A stretch of DNA of 64,000 nt from Christensenellaceae bacterium (GTDB lineage: Bacteria > Bacillota > Clostridia > Christensenellales > Borkfalkiaceae), in assembly GCA_045633745.1 (NCBI GenBank), contig JAZQYW010000015.1, positions 11,042 through 75,041 on the forward strand, in the 5' to 3' direction. Below are positions 50,816 through 60,029 of the stretch, piece by piece (position 1 is the stretch's first letter; each line of letters begins with the position of its first letter). The notes beneath the pieces were generated by a model, which saw only the letters and a list, made by a program, of their open reading frames with translations, had not been told where the DNA came from and ran no database searches. Both the position numbers and the translations under genes were made by a program.

Positions 50816-52016
50816 TTCCTTCTTCTATATTTTTGTAATGATAGTACAAGTGTACGTATTTCAAAGCGTTAAAACGCTTATTGCCTTTAATTTGATATAC
50901 TTTATTGTTTCTATCGCAGTAAATATTCAATTTATTTCTTCCTAAAACAGTGACTGCACTAACGTCGCTAAACGGTAAAACCAACTGAAATTTATTCTTT
51001 GAAAATTCAAATCGATTGCTGTATGCAAACATAGAAAGTTCTTTCTTAATTTTTTGTTTCTTCTTATACAAAATAACGTTAGAAAGCAAAATTTCCTTGT
51101 CAGCATAAATAGGCGTGTTTTCAAAAGGCGATATGTCTAAATTGCAAATAAATTCGCTTTGATAATCATACCAGTCGCCTATATGCTCAAACGGAAAATC
51201 AAATCCCACGCCTTGTAGACGCTTATTAGCAGTATATTTAATTTCCCTATTACACTTTTTACATTTTATAACGTCGTTTTTACTTTCAAACTCTGCTATT
51301 CCACAATAAGGACAAACGTACATAGCACGTTCTAGATATTCAGCAGATTTTTTGTGGAAAAATTCGGCGTCTTCAACGTTTTCGTTTACGCATATTTCCT
51401 TTTTAATTATTTCGTAAAGTTCATCAACAGAATAACTATTAACTTCTTCAGGTTCAATAACACGTGAAACGTATGCACGCATCTTTCCCTTACGTACAGC
51501 GTCACTCCAACGTGGGTGCACGCCATAACCACCTTCAAGTCTCATAAAAGCAATAGGCAATTTTAACATACGTGCAAGTTTAGCAATAGAAGGGCTTATG
51601 TATTCGGTTTTACCACTATACGTTCTGTTCCCTTCTGGGAAAATTGCGATTGAGCCACCTTCTTTAACAACACGTAAACAGTTCATAATAGCACTTGCAT
51701 CGTGCGTTTGTTTTTTAATAGGTATAGGCGCAATAAAATATCTCAACAACTTTGACAAAAAACCCATTGAGAAAATATCTTCTGATGCAATGCAATAAAC
51801 CGAACCCTTAAATGCCATATCAACAAAGAATTGGTCAAACCCCGTTTGGTGATTCATTAAAATAAGGTATGGACGTTTTTCTTGGTCCTTAAATCGTTCT
51901 ATTGACAAGCCATACTTTCTTCTTGTGTATGCACCCAAAAAAGGATACACTAATCTTTTGATTATTTTATGGCGTGTTTTTATCCATTTTTTTCTTTTAT
52001 TGTTTTTAGTTTTCAT
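50787..52016 (-). CDS. PlsC-domain lysophospholipid acyltransferase with C-terminal zinc-ribbon extension
   Basis: NHQTGFD (HX4D) and FPEGNR motifs; CPYCG...CKKC zinc-ribbon-like cysteines. Confidence 0.7.
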   Translation of the reverse strand: MKTKNNKRKKWIKTRHKIIKRLVYPFLGAYTRRKYGLSIERFKDQEKRPYLILMNHQTGFDQFFVDMAFKGSVYCIASEDIFSMGFLSKLLRYFIAPIPIKKQTHDASAIMNCLRVVKEGGSIAIFPEGNRTYSGKTEYISPSIAKLARMLKLPIAFMRLEGGYGVHPRWSDAVRKGKMRAYVSRVIEPEEVNSYSVDELYEIIKKEICVNENVEDAEFFHKKSAEYLERAMYVCPYCGIAEFESKNDVIKCKKCNREIKYTANKRLQGVGFDFPFEHIGDWYDYQSEFICNLDISPFENTPIYADKEILLSNVILYKKKQKIKKELSMFAYSNRFEFSKNKFQLVLPFSDVSAVTVLGRNKLNIYCDRNNKVYQIKGNKRFNALKYVHLYYHYKNIEEGNANGKFLGL

Positions 52017-52291
52017 AAAATTCCTTTTGTAATAAAAATATACTTTTATATTTTTAACAAAGCCAATAATATATTTAACAAATAAATGTTAAGCCCATAT
52101 TAATTCTAACCTTTTTACAACTTATTAACCATTGTAAATTCTATTTTTAAGAACTGTAATTATTATATCATTATTTTGATGATTTTGCAACAATTTTTTT
52201 ACAAGAATAGAAAGTTGATAGTAATCGCCTACAAAAATCATTTTTATATACAAAAAAACTACGACAAACTCCGTTCGTGATAGGTTGTTTT

Positions 52292-52309
52292 TGGCGCAAC
52301 GTAAGGGAT
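52292..52309 (-). repeat. exact 18-nt copy of the 3' end (T-stem 3' arm + acceptor + CCA) of the adjacent tRNA-Arg
   Basis: TGGCGCAACGTAAGGGAT is identical to 52510-52527. Confidence 0.9.
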
Positions 52310-52507
52310 ACATCTCCGTTTCACTACGATGCCCTTGCCTATCAAGAAAGCTCATCGTATGACGGGCGCTTCTCTCGAGCCTCCCGCAAAACAGTCCACT
52401 GGACTGTTTTTTCGCCTAATGGCGAACACGCAAACTTTCGTTTGCTCGCTCCTAATTCGAATCCCTTACGAGCAACAAAAAAAGATAGGCAAAAACCTAT
52501 CTTTTTT
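52300..52507. ncRNA. GC-rich hairpin-dense block Y (candidate structured RNA, strand unresolved)
   Basis: Closing helix CGTAAGGGAT (52300-52309) / ATCCCTTACG (52461-52470). Internal perfect hairpins TACGATG/CATCGTA, ACAGTCC/GGACTGT, TTCGCC/GGCGAA, GCAAAC/GTTTGC. Ends at the bidirectional terminator GATAGG-caaaaa-CCTATC (52484-52501). Confidence 0.4.
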
Positions 52508-52509
52508 GT

Positions 52510-52586
<77 letters not shown>

Positions 52587-52610
52587 TTGTTCATTTTTAT
52601 TAAATTATTT

Positions 52611-52706
52611 TCTGCTCAGTTGGATGGAGCGGAGCAGACGCTCTGTGCCCGAAGCATAGCGTAGGAAATACGATTGACGGGCTTTCTTGCCATAGCCCGC
52701 AGTTTA
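52611..52706. ncRNA. GC-rich hairpin-dense block X (candidate structured RNA, strand unresolved)
   Basis: Three hairpins, given as minus-strand sequence: CGGGCT/AGCCCG, ACGCT(..TGC-TTCGG-GCA..)AGCGT, CTGCTC/GAGCAG. GC content is far above the surrounding AT-rich spacers. Confidence 0.35.
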
Positions 52707-52724
52707 CAGCTGAGCTAACGATGC
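52707..52724 (-). repeat. exact 18-nt copy of the 5' end (acceptor 5' arm + D-stem/loop start) of the adjacent tRNA-Arg
   Basis: CAGCTGAGCTAACGATGC is identical to 52569-52586. Confidence 0.9.
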
Positions 52725-52734
52725 ATTATTTATT

Positions 52735-52788
52735 GTAAAGACTGCCGTTTTGTTTCGACAGCCTTTACATTTTATAATAATTTTTTTT
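52735..52788 (+). terminator. 13-bp hairpin followed by a U-rich tract on the plus strand (also downstream of alaS on the minus strand)
   Basis: GTAAAGACTGCCG-ttttgttt-CGACAGCCTTTAC then ATTTTATAATAATTTTTTTT. A minus-strand TTGACA-17-TAAAAT promoter-like pair (52769-52797) overlaps it. Confidence 0.45.
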
Positions 52789-52811
52789 AAATGTCAAACA
52801 TTTTAAGCAAA

Positions 52812-54638
52812 CTATTTTAAGATTGCCTTAATTCTTCTTACACCACTTGAAGAACTTTCTTCTTTCTTGATGATAAATTGACCTAAATCACCAGTATTTT
52901 TAGCGTGTGGTCCACCACAAATTTGCTTGTCAACACCTTCGATTGTGTAAATTGAAACAATTTGGTCATCACTTTCAGCGTTGAATACGCCGTATGCACC
53001 TTGTTTAACAGCATCGCTATAAGCAAGTTCTGTTCTTACAACGTCAATTTTCTTTGCGATAACGTCGTTGACAAAGTCTTGCAATTCTTTGATTTCTTCA
53101 TCGGTCATCTTATGGTCTAAATTAAAGTCGAAACGCAATCTTTCTTCAGTAATGTTAGAGCCCTTTTGTTCTGTGCCAGTACCGAACATTTTGCGAAGAC
53201 CAGCAAGCATAATGTGTGTTGCAGTGTGATAATTTGTTGTAATTTCAGTTTGTTCGGTTAAACCACCTTTAGCAGACTGTGCTTGAGCCTTTGAAAGTTC
53301 TTGGTGAGCCTTAAACGCTTCGTTAAAGCCTTGTTCATCAACAGTCAAGCCCCTTTCGTTTGCAAGTTCGATAGTGAGTTCTAATGGATAACCGAAAGTA
53401 TCGTAAAGCCTAAATGCTTGCTTACCTGAAATTTGTGTTTCTTCCACGTAATTAGCATCTTTTTGCTTCATAAATTCGTTCTTTCTTTGCATACCCATAA
53501 CGCACTTGTCAAATTCTTTCATACCAGCAGTAAGGGTTGCTTCAAACTTTTTGATTTCCTTATTGAATTCGTCTAAAATATAATCTTCTTTTTCAACTAA
53601 AAGTGGATATGCTTCATCATAAACCTTTTCAATGAAAACTTTAGCAACGTCACACATAGCAGTTGATGGAATACCAAGGTTTTTAGTGTATCTAATAGCA
53701 CGGCGAAGAAGTCTTCTTAAAACGTATCCAGCACCAGTATTTGATGGAGTGATACCTTTAATATCGCCGATTAACATAACTGCAGTTCTTGTATGGTCTG
53801 CAATAATACGCATAGCCTTTGTATATTCGTCATTTTCGCCATACTTTTTGCCAGATGCTTGTTCCAAACTTGCAATAGCGCCAGCAAAAAGGTCTGTTTT
53901 ATAGCCATCATCTAAACCATTTAAGAACAACAAAAGTCTGTCCAAACCAAAACCTGTATCAACGTTTTTATTTTCAAGTTCAGCGTATTTTCCGCCTTCT
54001 AACTTTTTATATTGCATATAAACGTCGTTGCCGATTTCAACGTATCTTCCGCAATCGCAGTTAACGTCACACTTATCGCAACAAGGATTGTCGTGGCGTG
54101 GATAGAACCACTCGTTATCAGGACCACAAGGTGTTCCAACTGTGCCTTCTAATTCCCACCAGTTGTTTGACTTATCAAGATAGAAAATATTTTCTTCTTT
54201 AATGCCAAGTTCTTTTAAGTAGCCAGCCGTTTCATCATCTCTTTTAACAGCATCATTACCTTCAAAAACAGTAGAGCAAATCTTATCTTTATCAAAACCA
54301 AAGACTTCGGTCAAAAGTTCAAAAGACCAAGCGGTTTTTTCCTTTTTAAAGTAATCGCCCAAACTCCAGTTTCCCATCATTTCAAAGAAAGTGAAGTGCG
54401 TTGCATCGCCAACAGAATCGATATCAACCGTTCTAACGCAACCTTGCACGTTGCAAAGTCTTGTGCCTGCTGGGTGTTTTTTGCCAAGTAAATATGGCAT
54501 AAGTGGTTGCATACCTGCAACGTTAAACATAACGCCAGTCGTACCATCGCCGATTAATGAAACAGCGCCGATATTTGTGTGACCTTTGCTTTCGTAAAAT
54601 TTAATCCATTTTTCTCTTAATTCTTTAGAAGTAATCAT
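52812..54638 (-). CDS. alaS: alanine--tRNA ligase, short form (catalytic + tRNA-recognition + editing domains, no C-Ala domain)
   Basis: FFEMMGNWSLGDYFK class II motif; editing-site HTATHIM and CGGPH motifs; only 608 aa. Confidence 0.8.
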   Translation of the reverse strand: MITSKELREKWIKFYESKGHTNIGAVSLIGDGTTGVMFNVAGMQPLMPYLLGKKHPAGTRLCNVQGCVRTVDIDSVGDATHFTFFEMMGNWSLGDYFKKEKTAWSFELLTEVFGFDKDKICSTVFEGNDAVKRDDETAGYLKELGIKEENIFYLDKSNNWWELEGTVGTPCGPDNEWFYPRHDNPCCDKCDVNCDCGRYVEIGNDVYMQYKKLEGGKYAELENKNVDTGFGLDRLLLFLNGLDDGYKTDLFAGAIASLEQASGKKYGENDEYTKAMRIIADHTRTAVMLIGDIKGITPSNTGAGYVLRRLLRRAIRYTKNLGIPSTAMCDVAKVFIEKVYDEAYPLLVEKEDYILDEFNKEIKKFEATLTAGMKEFDKCVMGMQRKNEFMKQKDANYVEETQISGKQAFRLYDTFGYPLELTIELANERGLTVDEQGFNEAFKAHQELSKAQAQSAKGGLTEQTEITTNYHTATHIMLAGLRKMFGTGTEQKGSNITEERLRFDFNLDHKMTDEEIKELQDFVNDVIAKKIDVVRTELAYSDAVKQGAYGVFNAESDDQIVSIYTIEGVDKQICGGPHAKNTGDLGQFIIKKEESSSSGVRRIKAILK

Positions 54639-54656
54639 AATTTCAGTCCCTTTATT

Positions 54657-56048
54657 TTACTTTTTTTCAAGTGAATATCCGTCTTTGCTATCCTTAACAA
54701 CGTATCCCAAAGTTGCAATTTCATCTCTTAACTTATCAGAAAGTGCCCAGTCTTTATTTTGTCTTGCCAAAACTCTTTGTTCTGCAAGAGCAACAACTTC
54801 TGCTGGAATATCGCTATTTTGGTTTTGTTCATATTCTTTAATAAACGCATCTACGTCACTTGTAAACAAGCCGATTAAAGAATAAGTATTTATAATTTGA
54901 TTTACGTCTGCAACAGCAGTGCTATCGCCCTTATTAACCTTTGTTCTAACACTCTTAAACAAACCGAAAAGGTTGCTTATTGCAAGTGCAGTGTTAAAGT
55001 CATCGTCCATCGCCTTATTAAATAAATCATCGATTTCCTTGTTTTCGCCTGCAAAATCGCCGAACTTATCTTTTACACTCTTGATGATTTTATAAAAATC
55101 ATAAAGGTGACTTTGAGCATCTGGGAAAAGGTTGTCTGTGACGTTTATATCCCCACGATAGTTAGTTTGCAAAAGTGCAAACTTAATGGTTTCATCGCTA
55201 TATTTATCAAGTAAATCTTTCAAAAACAAACTGTTGCCGAGTGATTTGCTCATTTTTTGACCGTTAACTTTAATCAAGCCGTTATGAATCCAAAAAGATG
55301 CAAATTGCTTGCCAGTCAATGCTTCAGTTTGTGCAATTTCGTTTTCGTGGTGTGGGAAAATCAAGTCCCTGCCACCACCGTGGATATCAATTTGTTCGCC
55401 AAAAGCCTTTTTGTTCATTGTTGAACATTCGATGTGCCAACCTGGTCTGCCTTCGCCCCAAGGAGAAGCCCAACTTGGTTCGCCAGCCTTTGCAGATTTC
55501 CAAAGTGCAAAGTCCAAAGGATTTTTCTTCATTTCATCGTTTTCCACTCTAACGCCGTTCATTGCGTCTTCAAGATTTCTGTGTGACAATTTGCCGTAAG
55601 ATGGGAAACTTTCAACCGAGAAATATACGTCGCCCTTATCGGTTGGATAAGCGTGACCTTTATCAATAAGCGTTTGAACAAAGGCAATGATTTCATCAAT
55701 GCTTTGGGTTGCTTTAAGCCACAAGTTTGGTTCATCAACCTTTAATCTTGCCATTTGTTCATCAATATTTTTAATCATTTGTTCAGCATAAACGTCTGCA
55801 GGAATACCTGTTTCGTTAGATTTAGCGATAATCTTATCGTCAACGTCTGTATAGTTTCTTGCATAAGTGACGTCATAGCCTTTCTTTTCCAAATATTTTC
55901 TAATGATATCGTAAATAAGCGCTTGGTAAGCGTGACCTATGTGTGCTTCGCCAGAAACGGTGATGCCACAAGCATACATTTTAACCTTGCCTTCTTCAAG
56001 TGGTATAAAATCTTGTTTTCTTCCCGTCAAGGTATTATAAATTTTCAT
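54657..56048 (-). CDS. cysS: cysteine--tRNA ligase
   Basis: HIGH (EAHIGHAY) and KMSKS motifs. Confidence 0.95.
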   Translation of the reverse strand: MKIYNTLTGRKQDFIPLEEGKVKMYACGITVSGEAHIGHAYQALIYDIIRKYLEKKGYDVTYARNYTDVDDKIIAKSNETGIPADVYAEQMIKNIDEQMARLKVDEPNLWLKATQSIDEIIAFVQTLIDKGHAYPTDKGDVYFSVESFPSYGKLSHRNLEDAMNGVRVENDEMKKNPLDFALWKSAKAGEPSWASPWGEGRPGWHIECSTMNKKAFGEQIDIHGGGRDLIFPHHENEIAQTEALTGKQFASFWIHNGLIKVNGQKMSKSLGNSLFLKDLLDKYSDETIKFALLQTNYRGDINVTDNLFPDAQSHLYDFYKIIKSVKDKFGDFAGENKEIDDLFNKAMDDDFNTALAISNLFGLFKSVRTKVNKGDSTAVADVNQIINTYSLIGLFTSDVDAFIKEYEQNQNSDIPAEVVALAEQRVLARQNKDWALSDKLRDEIATLGYVVKDSKDGYSLEKK

Positions 56049-56050
56049 AA

Positions 56051-56692
56051 TTAATTATCCTTTTTTTCTAATTCTTCTATTTTTTGCTCAAGAGAGAACA
56101 ACTTTTCACGCAAGTGACAAATTTCTTCGTGCAATGGGTCTCTCTTTTCTTGTTCTAAATCGTTAACTTTTTCGCCGTTAATTCTAACAACGATACCCGG
56201 AACGCCAACCACTGTTGCATATGGTGGCACTTCCTTAAGAACGACAGCACCTGCACCGATTTTAGCATATTCGCCAACTGTAAAACCGCCCAAAACCTTT
56301 GCACCAGCACTTATCATTGCACCCTTTTTGATAGTTGGGTGACGTTTTCCCACTTGTTTACCAGTACCACCCAAAGTGACACCTTGGTAAATAACAACGC
56401 CTTCTTCAATTTCAGCCGTTTCGCCTATAACAACGCCTGTACCGTGGTCGATAAACACCCCGCCTGCAATCTTTGCGGCTGGGTGAATTTCAATACCCGT
56501 AAGCCACTTTGCAAACTGACTTGTCATACGTGCAAGCAATCTCAATCTTATTTTATACAAAAAGTGAGCGTATCTGTGCCAAGCCAAAGCCTTGACGCCA
56601 GAATACGTTAACCATATTTCAAACTTACTGCGTGCAGCAGGGTCGTTTTTCTTTGCCGCATTTATATCGGCACGTAAATTCTTAAAAAACAT
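56051..56692 (-). CDS. cysE: serine O-acetyltransferase
   Basis: Hexapeptide-repeat left-handed beta-helix; GIEIHPAAKIG and RHPTI motifs; upstream of cysS. Confidence 0.9.
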   Translation of the reverse strand: MFFKNLRADINAAKKNDPAARSKFEIWLTYSGVKALAWHRYAHFLYKIRLRLLARMTSQFAKWLTGIEIHPAAKIAGGVFIDHGTGVVIGETAEIEEGVVIYQGVTLGGTGKQVGKRHPTIKKGAMISAGAKVLGGFTVGEYAKIGAGAVVLKEVPPYATVVGVPGIVVRINGEKVNDLEQEKRDPLHEEICHLREKLFSLEQKIEELEKKDN

Positions 56693-56729
56693 AAATACCT
56701 ATAAACAACTTGCGTTGTAATCAGTCAAA

Positions 56730-57488
56730 TTAATATACTTTAACACCTAATTCTTCAATATTTTGCTTAAGTTCTTTAGAGAAATGACTATCAACAACCA
56801 TACAGTCGATATCGTGAAGTCTTGCAAAAGTATAAGGTGTTTTTTTGTTTACTTTAGAACTATCGATAAGCAAAAGAACGTTATCAGCCTTTTCGATAAC
56901 CTTTCTTTTAACTTCTGCTTCTGCTTGATTTCCACAAGTAAAGCCACCGATATCCTTTAGAAAACCAGTTGCAGTCATAACGGCAGTTTGAATATTAACC
57001 TTGTCGATAAAATCCAAACAAGTTTGACCAACAGTGATAAAGTTATTTTTCTTTAAGTCCCCACCTAAAAGAGAAACGGTTGGTTTATCCTTTCTTAAGA
57101 TGGTTTCTGCAATAACCATAGCGTTTGTCAAAACGTAAAAATTATCGTCTGGCAAAGCCCTTGCAAAGTAAGTTGTGGTTGAGCCACCGTCAATAAAGAT
57201 ACAACTTTTCTTTTGAACAAGTTTAACAGCCTTTTCAGCGATTTCCACCTTTTCGGTAGTATTAAAATTTATACGCTTTGCAAAGTCTGCTTCCTTTGTT
57301 CTAATAACACTGTCAACAGAGATTGCGCCACCGGGAATTTTAAGGACTTCATTTGCTTCTTCAAGTCTAGATAGGTCTCTCCTTAAGGTCATACTTGAAA
57401 CGTTTGGGAAAGCACATTCTAATTCGTGCAAAGTGACTTTGCCGTTTTTATCGATAAATTCTTTTAAATTAAATAGTCTGTCTTTCAT
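56730..57488 (-). CDS. DeoR/GlpR-family transcriptional regulator
   Basis: N-terminal HTH (SSMTLRRDLSRLEE) plus a DeoR C-terminal sensor domain. Confidence 0.85.
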   Translation of the reverse strand: MKDRLFNLKEFIDKNGKVTLHELECAFPNVSSMTLRRDLSRLEEANEVLKIPGGAISVDSVIRTKEADFAKRINFNTTEKVEIAEKAVKLVQKKSCIFIDGGSTTTYFARALPDDNFYVLTNAMVIAETILRKDKPTVSLLGGDLKKNNFITVGQTCLDFIDKVNIQTAVMTATGFLKDIGGFTCGNQAEAEVKRKVIEKADNVLLLIDSSKVNKKTPYTFARLHDIDCMVVDSHFSKELKQNIEELGVKVY

Positions 57489-57713
57489 AGTCTCTCCTTT
57501 ATGTACAGTCTATTTTACACCAAACGCAAGATATTTGCAAGAAATAAAGATAAAAAATAACAAATTTTTTATAAAAAATAACAGTCCAAACTTATTTTTT
57601 TATAAATTATGTAAATGTTTAACAAAATCATTGATTTTCTTAAAAAATAAATATATAATAAATAAGTAATGACACACTTTATGTGTTTACAGATTGAATA
57701 TCCGGAGAGAATT

Positions 57714-58994
57714 ATGTTAGATTTAAGAAGAATTCAAGAAAACAAAGAAAAAGTTGCTGAACTTTTGTCAAGAAAAGGCTTTACTGCTGACTTCGACACA
57801 GTTTTGGCTCTTGATAAAGAACGCAGAGCAATTATCGGCGAAGTTGAACAATACAAGGCACAAAAGAACAAAGTTTCTGCGCAAATCCCTGCACTTAAAA
57901 AACAAGGTCTTCCTGTTGACGATATCTTTGCCCAAATGCGTACGCTTGGCGAAAAGATTGCAGAATGCGATGCAAAAGCAAAGGATTTAGAAGAACAAGT
58001 TTTCGACCTTCTTTCACGCATGCCAAATATCCCTGATGAAGACTTGCTTGCTGGCGAAAAGGAAAACAATCAAGTTGTAAAAGTTGTTGGCGAAAAACCA
58101 ACCTTCTCTTTCCCTATGCAAAACCACGTTGACCTTTGTACAAAGTTAGGCATTATTGACTATACAAGGGGAACAAAACTTTCTGGCGGTGGCTACTGGT
58201 TATATCGTGGTGACGGTGCAAGACTTGAATGGGCACTTTTGAACTTCTTTATCAGCGAACACTTAAAGGACGGTTATGAATTTATCCTTCCACCACACCA
58301 ACTTGGTTATAACTGTGGTTTTGGTGCAGGTCAATTCCCTAAATTTGCCGATGAAGTTTACTGGCTTGACGTTGATGAAGACAGAAAGAAAAATCGCTTT
58401 ATGTTGCCAACTGCTGAAACAGCACTTGTTAATCTTTATGCTGGCGAAATCATCGATGAAAGCAAACTACCTATGAAATTCTTTGCATATACTCCTTGCT
58501 ATCGTAAAGAAGCAGGTTCTTACCGTGCTGAAGAAAGGGGTATGATTAGGGGTCACCAATTTAACAAAGTTGAAATGGTGCAATACGCTCACCCAGAACA
58601 CTCTATGGAAGCGTTCAACGAATTAGTTGACAAGGCTGCAAGTCTTATTGAAAAGTTGGGCTTACACTTCAGAGTAAGCAAACTTGCTGCTGGCGACTGT
58701 TCTGCTTCAATGGCAAGAACTTACGATATTGAAGTTTGGATTCCAAGTATGGGTATCTATAAGGAAGTTTCTTCAGTTTCTAACGCAAACGATTATCAAG
58801 CAAGAAGAAACAACACCAAGTTCCGTGATAGCAAAACTGGTAAGCCAGCATTCTTACACACCTTAAACGGTTCTGGCCTTGCAACAAGCAGAGTTTTCCC
58901 TGCTCTTATCGAACAATATCAAAATGCTGATGGTTCAATCACTGTTCCAGAAGTATTAGTTCCATTTATGGGTGGACAAACTATTATTAAATAA
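57714..58994 (+). CDS. serS: serine--tRNA ligase
   Basis: N-terminal coiled coil MLDLRRIQEN and class II core. Start moved to ATG 57714, which has a GGAGAGA RBS. Confidence 0.95.
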   Translation: MLDLRRIQENKEKVAELLSRKGFTADFDTVLALDKERRAIIGEVEQYKAQKNKVSAQIPALKKQGLPVDDIFAQMRTLGEKIAECDAKAKDLEEQVFDLLSRMPNIPDEDLLAGEKENNQVVKVVGEKPTFSFPMQNHVDLCTKLGIIDYTRGTKLSGGGYWLYRGDGARLEWALLNFFISEHLKDGYEFILPPHQLGYNCGFGAGQFPKFADEVYWLDVDEDRKKNRFMLPTAETALVNLYAGEIIDESKLPMKFFAYTPCYRKEAGSYRAEERGMIRGHQFNKVEMVQYAHPEHSMEAFNELVDKAASLIEKLGLHFRVSKLAAGDCSASMARTYDIEVWIPSMGIYKEVSSVSNANDYQARRNNTKFRDSKTGKPAFLHTLNGSGLATSRVFPALIEQYQNADGSITVPEVLVPFMGGQTIIK

Positions 58995-59009
58995 TAAATC
59001 AAACATAGA

Positions 59010-59038
59010 AAAAAGGTTGCAAAATGCAACCTTTTTTA
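59010..59038 (+). terminator. rho-independent terminator after serS
   Basis: AGGTTGCA-aaa-TGCAACCT stem plus a T-run. Confidence 0.75.
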
Positions 59039-59094
59039 TTTTTTCTTTAAACTGATAATTTTCAAATTTATCGTATAACACAAACTTTTTAAAT

Positions 59095-59120
59095 ACAAAA
59101 AAGCAGTTTAACAAACTGCC
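59095..59120 (-). terminator. rho-independent terminator after sigG
   Basis: GCAGTTT-gtt-AAACTGC stem then T6 on the minus strand. Confidence 0.6.
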
Positions 59121-59130
59121 CTTTTTATTT

Positions 59131-59904
59131 CTATACTCGTATCCTGCTTTTAATCTCACTCAAAGCATTTTTTTCTAAACGGCTTACTTGTGCTTGTGAA
59201 ATTCCTATTTCTTCGCTGATTTCCGTTTGAGTTTTGCCTTCGTAATATCTCAAATAAATAATCTTCTTTTCCCTATCGGCAAGGCGCACCATAGCGTTTT
59301 CTATGGCAACTTTTTCCGTCCAGTTTTCATCAGTAGATTTTTGGTCGCCGATTTGGTCAACCAAAAGCAATTCATCTCCGTTTTTATTATACACGGGGTC
59401 GTAAAGCGAAACGGTATCGCTTATAGCATCAAGTGCATAAACCACTTCGGAAAGTGCAACGTTCATTTGGTTTGCAACACTCTCTAAACTAGCGTCTTTA
59501 TCTTCCTTTTCAAGTTCGCCTCTTGTCTTTAACACTTGATAAGCCGTGTCACGAATAGACCGTGAAACTCGCATAGAATTTCCGTCACGAAGCAATCTTT
59601 TAATTTCACCGATAATCATAGGCACAGCGTAAGTGGAAAACTTTACCCCCACCGACAAATCGAAGTTATCAATGGCTTTTATAAGCCCTATACAACCTGC
59701 TTGAAAAACGTCGTCACTACTTTTGTTTTTTGTCCAAAACCGTTTTATTATCGATAAAACAAGTCGCATATTCGCAACTATAAATTCTTCCCTTGCATTT
59801 TCATCACCAGACTTTGCTTTTTTAAGCAAGTCAAAAGTTTCTTTTTCAGTTAGTTTTGGTAAAGTTGCAGTGTTAACACCGCATATAACAACTTTATTGC
59901 TCAT
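59131..59904 (-). CDS. sigG: sporulation sigma factor SigG (SigF/G group)
   Basis: VICGVNTATLPKL N-terminus, GCIGLIKAIDNFD, KFSTYAVPMIIGEIKR and VSRSIRD motifs closely match SigG. Confidence 0.8.
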   Translation of the reverse strand: MSNKVVICGVNTATLPKLTEKETFDLLKKAKSGDENAREEFIVANMRLVLSIIKRFWTKNKSSDDVFQAGCIGLIKAIDNFDLSVGVKFSTYAVPMIIGEIKRLLRDGNSMRVSRSIRDTAYQVLKTRGELEKEDKDASLESVANQMNVALSEVVYALDAISDTVSLYDPVYNKNGDELLLVDQIGDQKSTDENWTEKVAIENAMVRLADREKKIIYLRYYEGKTQTEISEEIGISQAQVSRLEKNALSEIKSRIRV

Positions 59905-60029
59905 AATTTCCCCCTATGTACGAAAAAAAGGGCTTGTTTGTTAATTATAAGCAATAAAAAATTTTTTATACAAAAACAAAAAAGACAAGCGTTTATTAAA
60001 ACAAAATCACTTGTCTTTTGATTTAAATT

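Noticed and set aside
57489-57713. T-box leader upstream of serS (also checked for argS at 37665-37787 and cysE at 56693-56729)
   Set aside because: These regions are AT-rich and short, with no GGUGGUACCGCG-like T-box sequence and no terminator/antiterminator pair.
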